Source of the DNA: Octopus vulgaris | Taxonomy: Eukaryota | Assembly: GCA_951406725.2 (NCBI GenBank) | Contig: OX597817.1 | Location: forward strand, 140,120,001 to 140,184,000 | Direction of reading: 5' to 3' | DNA length: 64,000 nucleotides | In this document: piece after piece, positions 54,617 through 64,000 of the stretch | Layout: each line of letters starts with the position of its first letter | How positions within the stretch are numbered: position 1 is the first letter of the stretch | Made by a program: the position numbers and the translations under genes | Notes under the pieces: generated by a model | Databases searched by the model: none | The model's input: the letters and a program-made list of their open reading frames with translations, nothing else | What the model was told of the DNA's origin: nothing

Positions 54617-55083
54617 TTCTTCTTCTTCTTCTTCTTCTTCTTCTTCTTTTCTCTTTCTTTCTCTCTCTCTCTCTCTGTTGAAATGTGTGTGTGTGAGTGT
54701 GTGTGTATGTATGTATGTGTTATCTTCGCTTGTATATATAAAACTACTCCTCAGCCAATCATTAAATAACAAATCACTCGATACATTTAAGTATATTAAA
54801 AAAATTATTTTTACAAAGAAAACGTCGATAGTCTCCTCGAAGTTTCTCGGCAGAGAAATGAAACACAAGCATATAACAATCCCAAGGCAGTACCCCACCG
54901 TACCTGCAGGCAGAAAATGGAGGGGCGAAAATGGAGGGAGGGGAGTGGGAACTAAAAAAGGGAGCACTGTTTCGCAATGTTTGCCTACTTACTTTTCTCA
55001 GGTTTAGAAAATAGTGCCTAAAAGTCGATCTGTAAGAAGTTGCTTCAAGTTGCTTTTCAGCTGAAAATAAGAACAAAGGACAC

Positions 55084-55172
<89 letters not shown>

Positions 55173-55178
55173 ACACAC

Positions 55179-55531
55179 AACAAAACAGGAAAATGGACAT
55201 TTTTTTGTATTATTCCTTCTCCATTACACGTGATTCATTTGCTGACAGGATTTACAAAGATTTATATGTTATATAGACATGTAAGCAATTTTCTATTAGA
55301 AGTTCGTCGGGAATTTCCCATGAGAAATTCATCAGATATTCTAAAAACTTTTCTCGCTGTCATGAATTTCTGCTAAGGAATTCCTTACATGTTTATTTAA
55401 AATGTAATTCTGGACCAATCTTTGGTTGAAACATATCTAAGTTTATCTAAGTTTATAATTGCCATAAGCAAGTGAAATACGTGTAATAGTGAATAGATAA
55501 TACCAAAAAATGTCCACTTTCCTGTTTTGTT
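55179..55531. mobile_element. MITE-like foldback element
   Basis: ~65-bp imperfect TIRs (AACAAAACAGGAAAATGGACATTTTTT... / ...AAAAAATGTCCACTTTCCTGTTTTGTT) plus an inner inverted repeat ACATGTAAG/CTTACATGT. Confidence 0.7.
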
Positions 55532-55729
55532 ACACAATAACTCAGCAAATAATATTTCTGTAATTCTCAATTTTAAAATATATTTTGACTAACACACAAA
55601 AACAACAGTTGGTACATATTGATTGTAATAATGGAATAAGCAGTTCAGGAGAAAAACCGTTGATACACATGTTGGAATACTTATATGTACACATAAATAA
55701 ATATGTGTGTCTGTGGTTTTGTATATACA

Positions 55730-56395
55730 GTGATACTTTGATAGGTTTCGGCCAGTATTGGCCCAGGCCATGTCTAACTTAATTGCATCACCTGGCAAAA
55801 GTCATTCAAATCAGGAATCGGACAACATAGCCCACTCGAGGAGAGAGTTATTGTTTATGGAGACATATCCGGGTGTAGGAGGTTTATCCGAGATTTTTTG
55901 AAGGAATTTGTCCAACGACTTCTTGAACTTTATGGGGTCTGTTTCTGCTTTAATGTGTTTGGGTGTAATGTTAAAGAGAGTGGAGCTAATTGAAGTGAAA
56001 TAATTGTGCCGTATTGTTGTTACGTGAAGTGAGTAAGATTTGAGCCTCATGGGGCTCAAGTCTTGGCTGTATCTTAAAAGCGATGCCAACATCATTTGGG
56101 TAAATGCTGATGGAATATTTTGTACATCATGCAGATGATGTAGCGCTCACAGCGGCGTTGGACAGAATAAAGCTTGAACTTTTTTAGTCGACCCCAATCG
56201 TCAAGGACTGTCTTGCCATCTATCTGTTTTGTAATTGACCTTTGAAGTACTTCAACTTTTATGATACTTTGTTTCGTGTGGGGAGACTACAGTGGACAAC
56301 AGTATTCAAGGCGGGGTCGGGCAAAAGTGGAGAAGAGAAGGATACTGGTGTGGATATCTCTCGACTGGAAAGTTCTGAGACTCTAGGAACACATT
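55730..56395 (-). mobile_element. CR1/L2-group LINE 3' end
   Basis: LEYCCPL...RLKKFKLYSVQRRCERYII...FKKSLDKFLQKISDKPPTPGY...NSLLEW. Confidence 0.85.
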
Positions 56396-57080
56396 CTGTG
56401 AGCCATTTCAACTTTGCTCTTTATAAAGTAACACACTCACCGGTAAAATTTCCACGCTTTTCTTATCTTTATTTTCCTAGAATTTTTGTTGCGTCTTGCA
56501 GCCTTTTCAATAGTTTCGACTGTGCGTTATTTTCTCTTTATTTAATTTTCGTTTCTTGTGGCTGGTGCGTGTGCTTCTTTCTTTTGGTGGGGTGGTGGCT
56601 AGGAATGTGGCCTGGAAGCCAGCGGGTTGGTTAATCTGAAAGAATTTTGGAAACCACTGGTCACCAAAATATACTGTTTAAGGAAACCAATGCGTGACAA
56701 AATTACGAAGTCTTTGTCGAACTTTTTTTTTTAGCTACTTTATAACTTAGACACTTTCCCCATTGTTGACTTAATGAATCCAAAAAAGGTTTTACTTATT
56801 TACACCTCGAACATTTTTATATTCTTTTAATCTGTTTTTTTTTTTATCTATATATTTATTTGTGGTACTTTTATATATATTTATATATATCGGTCTATTG
56901 AGCTGTATTAAATTGTATTAATGTATGTGTATTTTTAAAAATATGTTTAAAATTTTGCATCTGGGAATTTGTTGAATTTTGTTTCTGAATCTATCTCTTT
57001 AATTATCATTCGTCTCGGATATTCCGAGCTCTTCTCAGTTGCATTTTCGAAAGAAATATTTGATAGTATACACACGCACG

Positions 57081-57210
<130 letters not shown>

Positions 57211-57214
57211 CATA

Positions 57215-57474
57215 CCTTTATTTGGGGATCACTTCTACTTTATTATCTCCCCTTCTTCCTAGCTCTCCTGTGTGACCCCTCTGTCCGGCATTCGCCATGA
57301 CAGATCGCTAGCCACTAAACCTTTTCTTATTTTCTCTCCCTGTTTATTTCTGTGTTCCTTTCTGTCGAAGAGCGTAGGCTCGAAACGTAAAAGACTTTCT
57401 CACTTCCCGAAGGTTAAATTAATACAGCTGTTTGTTGTTTACACCCGTCTTTGTCTTTTGTTTTTTGTAAATTC

Positions 57475-57479
<5 letters not shown>
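57215..57479 (+). mobile_element. Family B hammerhead element with longer 5' part
   Basis: cttt-CTGTCGA-a-gagc-gtag-gctc-GAAACGTA-aaag at 57358-57393; ends at (TA)n. Confidence 0.8.
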
Positions 57480-57535
<56 letters not shown>

Positions 57536-58129
57536 GTGTGTGTCTGTGTGTGTGTGACAGGGTGTGTGTATGTATGTATGTATGTATATGTATATTTATA
57601 CTGTTGCCTGTTTTTATGTTACATTATAAGAAAAGGAATTTAAATTTAAACTGAAATAAATAATTAATGCATTTTGGAAAGTATTTATTGTACTATTACA
57701 AGAAGGGGGATGACAGGGACTTCGAAATTTCGACCTGCTAGCCTTCGTCAGACAATTGATTCATGCTATTGAACGGTTTCCTGCTAAAGAACCTTCCAAG
57801 TCATGGCCAAATAGAATGTTATAGCTTGGAATATATTTTACTGGGAGTCTGAAGACACTCTGTCTCTTCGCAGGCTTTCGTGTACTGGAGACATTTTCTT
57901 AGTTCACTTTGAATTTAACTAATTTTGGATCGCTTTAAAAACGTTGTCTTAATCTGTATTTTCGGAAATGTTAATTTCAATAATGTTTTCTATATTTATA
58001 TATGTTAATACGATAGAAACAGCTGTCGGCTTTGTAAAGTGAATTCTCTTCTTTTGCTGATTTCTTCCGGGTGGTGGGGTTTCACATCTTGTATGTACTT
58101 TTGCCCTGGTTGTTGGCCATTTGGTGAAT

Positions 58130-58930
58130 GTAGGAGTTTGACAATGCTACCTTATCTGTACCTCATGCTGGGCCGTTGGTTCATCCGTTAGAGTGGAGAG
58201 GGCATTGAAGAGCTGTGGGCCTTTGAACCTTAATCTATTACTGTATCTGATCCTGAATATAGATGGAGAGGCCAATACCTTTGGCAGAATACAACGGCGC
58301 CCAGTTCTAGCATTTGTATCACACACCATGAGCAAATTAGGTACGAGCCCTTCTAGAAATTTCCACAAGTTTCCAAATGCATACTATAACATATCTGTTG
58401 TGTCTTCTCTCCGGTGAGCAAAGTCGTACCTTTTCCAGCCTCTCTCTGTGGCTCATCTGTTGCACTGTTGCAATATTTTTAGTTTGGCGACCTTGGACCG
58501 TTTCTAAGCTGCAATGTTACTTTGGCACTATGTGGTGACCATAACTGGGAGCAGTAGTTCAAGCGGCTGAGAACAAAGGTTCTCAACAGGTTCAACATAA
58601 TTTCTTGGTCTCTTGCATTGAAGAATCTCAGTATCTATCCTGCCAGTACTCTGCACTTTGCTGCTATCTTGGTAATGTGCATATGAAATGATGCATCATT
58701 GCACATACTAACCTCCCCCAAGTCTTTGACAGCCTGTGATTCTGGGATAGCAGTTTCTTCGGGTTAGGGTTCTGTAAATGCAGAGTGCAGTGCATTTGTG
58801 AGTTGATCGCACAGTGACCGAAATTTTCGAGCATTAAACTGCATGTTGTTTACTTCAGCCCACTTGTATGTCGCATTCAGATCTCGCTGCAAGTTTGCGA
58901 CGTCATCTAGATTCTTTATTGCATATGAGA
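58130..58930 (-). mobile_element. CR1/L2-group LINE RT C-terminal relic
   Basis: ADDTKI...LQRDLNATYKWAEVNNMQFNARKF...VLSRLNYCSQLWSP...WKFLEGLVPN...GPQLFNAL. Confidence 0.88.
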
Positions 58931-59174
58931 ATTTTGTATCATCGGCTTAGCCAATGACAGTGGCTGTCTGAGTGACCATAGGCATGTCTAAGAAAGCCAT
59001 CATAAATAGTAACGACCTTAACACGCACACACATACACACACATACATGTGTGTGCGTGTGCATGCGTGCATACTTATGTAGCCATGTATATAACTGTAA
59101 GCATGTAGGGAAATGTATCCATGTGCAGGCATGTATACATACATATATACATACATACATACATACATATACAT

Positions 59175-59232
<58 letters not shown>

Positions 59233-59265
59233 GTATATATATATATGTATGTATGTATGTATATG

Positions 59266-59313
<48 letters not shown>

Positions 59314-60650
59314 TGTATGTATGTATGTATGTATGTATGTATGTATGTATGTATGCATGTATTGTGTATATGCATGCGTGTGTAGGAAGTACACATCTGT
59401 AAATGAATCACGAAGAAATAATAAAAATATTTCCATGAAGTATTAAAAAATTTTATCCCAATTATTTCCTTCGTGAAATACAGCAAATGATTGTGTGGGA
59501 ATGATTCATAATTTCAACTGAATTAATTTTCGTCGGAGACAAACTGGGAACGAGAGTATTGTGGAGGGAGAGGAAAAGCCCGAGGAAGGCTGGGACGTTT
59601 GTGAAGGGGTTGAGGAAGTTTTAGGGTTGTGCTGGGGGTCGGGAAATTGCACGGAAGACAACTGAGGCAGACTTGTTGGTATCAGGGTAACGGTGAGTAG
59701 GGGAAGTGAAAATAAAACAGTAGTTGTAATAGTAGTAGTGGTGGTGGTGGTGGTGGTGGTGATTGTGGTGATGATGATGATGATGGTGACAATAATAACA
59801 ATAGAAGCAACGATAAGATCATGTGTGAATAGGTTTTTGAAGTAACGGAACTGGTTGTATTGGTGTTAACGAAGGGGAGTGACGTCATCGGAAGGAAACA
59901 ACAGCAACGACAACATTTAATTACAACAGGAACAGCAGAAGCAACAACAACAAGAACATCAGTAGCAACAACAACATCCAGAATCACAGCAAGAAGACGA
60001 GCGAAAGAACTTCTACTGAGTTGTCAGGCCTGCTAGAAATAGCAATTAATTCCCTCGTGTAACAATCTACTGTTGTAAAAAGCATTAGTGGTAGATTTGT
60101 GAGAAAGGAGGAGAGGTCACGGTTAGATTCGCTTTATTTATACATGAAAGATGACTTAGGGATAAAATAACAACAACAACAACAAAGATAAAGAAATCGG
60201 TTCCAATGATGGTCAACAAAATTACCCTGATGATGAGGATGATGGCAACGACCAAGACGGCAACGACGACGATGATGATGAATAAGAGTGGAGAAAGGAG
60301 GTGGATTAAGATAGAGATGAGTAAGAGGATGCTGCTGCTGCTGTTGTTGTTGTTGATGGTGATGATGATAAAAGTAAAGTAAAAACCATCATCGATGTAA
60401 AAACCATCATCGATGTGAAAGACTTTCTTCAACAAGTTTGGTGAGTTTCTCTTCTTCTGCCCTCTCTCTTTCTCATCTGCCGCCTCGCACAAACACATAT
60501 ATACACTCGTTTATAATTATTTATATATAAACATAACTGCTATCTACAATAGGTATTATTAGAATTCATATATATATATAGCCATACGTATGTATGGATG
60601 TTTGTACGTATATATATGTGTGTGCCTGCGTGCATGTCCATGTATATGTA

Positions 60651-60798
<148 letters not shown>

Positions 60799-60971
60799 CG
60801 TATTCATACAGTATATTGCTGAGAATCTGACAGAGATTGTTATTGACATTTGGAATCAATCAATAAATAGACAAATAAATACCGCTAATCAAGGTCGATT
60901 CAGGTCTTTCCTTAAACTGAAATCGATAAAAATTAATATAATAATAATAATGATAATAATAATACTAATAC

Positions 60972-61016
<45 letters not shown>

Positions 61017-61069
61017 TGATGATGATGATGACGATGATGATGATGATCATGATGATCATGATCATGATG

Positions 61070-61124
<55 letters not shown>

Positions 61125-61140
61125 TAATAATAATAATAAC

Positions 61141-61285
61141 CAGTGAAAAAAGGTAAAACAAACGAAGTACAAAAAGACGCTGGAAAAAATAGGTAAGATT
61201 GGCTGATGAAAGAAACGCTAAAAAAAGAGACCGAGAGCACTCTATTGGCAACGCAAGACCAATCTTTGGTCACAAATATGCTTTG
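61141..61285 (+). mobile_element. R4/Dong fragment after a (TAA/GAT)n tract
   Basis: WLMKETLKKETESTLLATQDQSLVTN. Confidence 0.65.
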
Positions 61286-61731
61286 AAGAATTAGATACTT
61301 TCAAGGGAACCAATACTTTTTAGTCGCGCAATACTTTTTTAGTCGCGTAATCTAAAGATGAACTGTTTTTGGAAAGACCACCCTAAAAAATGTTTTGAAG
61401 AAGGTTGAATGATCGTGGCCACCACTAGCTAGTCGATCTGGAATATCTTTGATCATAGGTCGGTTCGATCACAGTAAACAACAGTAACAACTTTAAAAGA
61501 TTTCAGAATTTAACAATTGCTTCTTAACTGAAAAATACTACACTTAAAATGGGAAGAAGTCCTCACTGCTAGAGATGAAACTATCATCGCATCGAACTAA
61601 AGGATTCTTGGGAAATAACCACCAAAGAAATGAAATTTTATCCCAAGTATAAAGAATATTGAGGAATAATGTTTATCGCCAACTAAACAGGGGTGTTCTC
61701 TAAAACCGGACGACATTGCTTTCTTAACCTC

Positions 61732-62006
61732 AGCAAGACGCCTCCTCCAGCAGGACGCCTCCTCCAGCAGGACGTCTCCTCCAAGAGGATGCCTCCTCCA
61801 GCAGGACACCTCCTCCAGCAAGACGCCTCCTCCAGCAGGACGCCTCTTCCAGCAGGACGCCTCTTCCAGCAGGAAGCCTCCTCCAGCAGGACGCCTCTTC
61901 CAGCAGGAAACCTCCTCCAGCAGGACGCCTCCTCCAGCAGGACGCCTCCTCCAGCAGGACGCCTCCTCCAGCAGGACACCTCCTGCGGCAGGACGCCTCC
62001 TCCAGC
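61732..62006. repeat. 17-bp GC-rich minisatellite, ~16 copies
   Basis: Unit GCAGGACGCCTCCTCCA. Confidence 0.95.
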
Positions 62007-63017
62007 TGCACATGTTTAGATGGCGATAAACATTACTCCGTATAGTTACTGCTTTCGTCTCTCATATTTCGAGTTTTTCTACTCGTCTAAAAGTTAGTGT
62101 CGAAATCTGCATTTCTGGGGTTCTTTACAAGACAAGACTTTTGCTTGAAATTTTCCTTTATTGGAAAGGAGTTTAGTTAAGTTCAATATATTGATTATTA
62201 CTCGATATGTGACTGTAGTAATACTTATTTCATCAGTAGATTTCCTTACACAATTTCATATCTACATAGAAACGGGTCATTTGACCACAGAGTAAATAAC
62301 TTTTACAAGCTGGGACCGAAGTGGTTATCTTGAATACAGAAAGTGGACAGGTAGTTTTTAGATCGACTTCAAAACCAATAATGTGTTTAGATGTTGCTTA
62401 AGAAGAGTAGATGTTTGTCAAGTGATTCTAAACAGTTGCTGGGATTATTTTGCTAAACGTGTTAGGAAACCTCTTCAAGAGCAAAAAATCCGTCCCGAGA
62501 CTGAAATCTGCGAAATAATTCTGAAATTTGTTAAGAATTGACATATATAAGCGAGGAACAAGTCTTACTGTATAATAAGGCACCTTATCGTAGCTGGAGG
62601 TGTTTGTTACCGCCCTGCAAGATTCAATCTTGGAAAGCGACTGAAAATATTTGTGAATGTTTAATGATGTATCATAAGAATATTATTGGAATGTGTTTCA
62701 AACATCGTTCAATAGACAATGATTTAACAAGGATTAGTGTCTGAGAATAAGACGATTTCATGATATTTAATGAGAATCTGAGAATGGTAACTGGCTGACT
62801 CAGTGCCAAGCAATTAACTCTTAAAGAACCAAGTCACTTCTCATAAATATCAATGTGGCTCATTTAATCAATGCAAAAGCAAACAAACAAACAAAGCTGG
62901 CGCGTTAGCTGAATGGAAGCGATAGTTTCCTAATTTACAGTGCTAAAATGCAATCGTTACAAGAAGATGATCTACCAAACTGGATTTCCCTAGATACACT
63001 ACATGAAAACAGGCCTG

Positions 63018-63713
63018 GGAAGAGAACATCGGCAATGCAGAGGAACGAAAGGAGAAGTACGAAAAACTAATCGAAGAGTGCAGAGAACAGGGATGGAATG
63101 TCGAGTATTACCACCTGGCAGTGGGGGCTAGAGGCTTCATTGAAAGGAAAATGACAACGCTATTCAAAAGAAGATTTGTTTTTTCTAGCTCTGAGCTGCG
63201 AAAACTAATAAGGAGAGTACAGGAGGCGGTCGAAAAAGCCAGCTTCTATATATGGCTGAAGCGGGAAAACCAAAAATGGCTTGAAAGTCATAACATGCCG
63301 GCGGGAAATAACATCACTAGGTGAGACAAGCTGACTCCGAATCAGCTTCGCTGACTGACAGGCGACGATCGTTTAGAGAATGCGCGGGCTAAGACCATAC
63401 GCCTTCACTAGTCAGTTAAGGTGAGACAGTGTCACGTGGCAACTTGCTGGGGCTCCCTGCTGGAGCCTACCAGCAGGTATTTAAAGGAAAAAATTTGACA
63501 AGTCAGTCAGTCACCGGCTGACACTCGCTAACGATACATCGAAGAGGCCAGGGAACAAGAGAAAGAAGACACCTCCGAAGGGGTGGGGCATCACGTCAAA
63601 ACGGTAGAGGAGTAGGGGCCGAAACCGGACGTGGTTCCTCCTGATGATGTCTTGAGCTAACTGGATCCTATAAAGGAGCTGTTGTGACAGCAGACCACGA
63701 AACACGGTTGTAA
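63018..63713 (+). mobile_element. HERO-clade RLE LINE 3' end and UTR
   Basis: WEENIGNAEERK..KYEKLIEECREQGW...VGARGF...EKASFYIWLKR. Confidence 0.8.
63602..63653 (+). ncRNA. Hammerhead motif with rearranged strand order
   Basis: CGGT-A-GAGGAG / GGGGCC-GAA-ACCG / TTCCTC-CTGATGA-TGTCTT. Confidence 0.65.
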
Positions 63714-64000
63714 TTCCCCTGGAGTCCTAATCACTACGATGTGGCACACATATTCCTCAACCTCTCGTCCTATGAAAGAGAAAAGAAAAGTAATGGTTGC
63801 ATGCACATGATATTAATTTACAATGTCAGGTATGACATTACGCAGAAAATGGGAAGCCATTCGGTCTACATCCGTACTACTGTCTCATCCAGAGCAACGT
63901 ATCTGTTCGTCACACACACAATACATTTATTTGTCGTTTCGACAATACATTTGTCACTTACACAATAAATGTTTTTTTGTCTACATGGCAAACAGCTGTC

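Noticed and set aside
54422-54705. Duplicated compound microsatellite block (also small duplications near 20010, 33601, 60379 and 61311)
   Set aside because: Ordinary slippage or local duplication
56654-56830. Possible Chapaev3-like terminus (CACTGGTCACCAAAA...TGAATCCAAAA)
   Set aside because: No partner TIR or coding sequence found
61597-62019. ORFs with repeating WRRRPAGGGVLLEEASC
   Set aside because: The 17-bp unit is not a multiple of 3, so the same peptide appears in all frames

Overview
Repeat-saturated, AT-rich animal genomic DNA. The SINE and microsatellite repertoire looks like an octopus or other cephalopod genome (inference). No intact host gene is recognisable, and most track ORFs are translations of microsatellites. 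Recognised content: tRNA-derived SINEs, non-autonomous Helitrons, R4/Dong LINEs in (TAA)n runs, CR1/L2-group, RTE and HERO LINE relics, Penelope-like (GIY-YIG) relics, a full-length but frameshifted mariner, Tc1, pogo-like and Chapaev3 relics, MITEs, and a few candidate minus-strand exons. The most notable signal is about 17 hammerhead-ribozyme motifs, found by eye. They include two families of ~170-260 bp (TA)n-flanked elements with minimal dimer-type hammerheads, one of which has U instead of the conserved A6 in every copy. There are also several long-stem-II hammerheads and a hammerhead with non-circularly permuted strand order in a HERO 3' UTR. Ribozyme activity is predicted, not shown. 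Relic boundaries are approximate.
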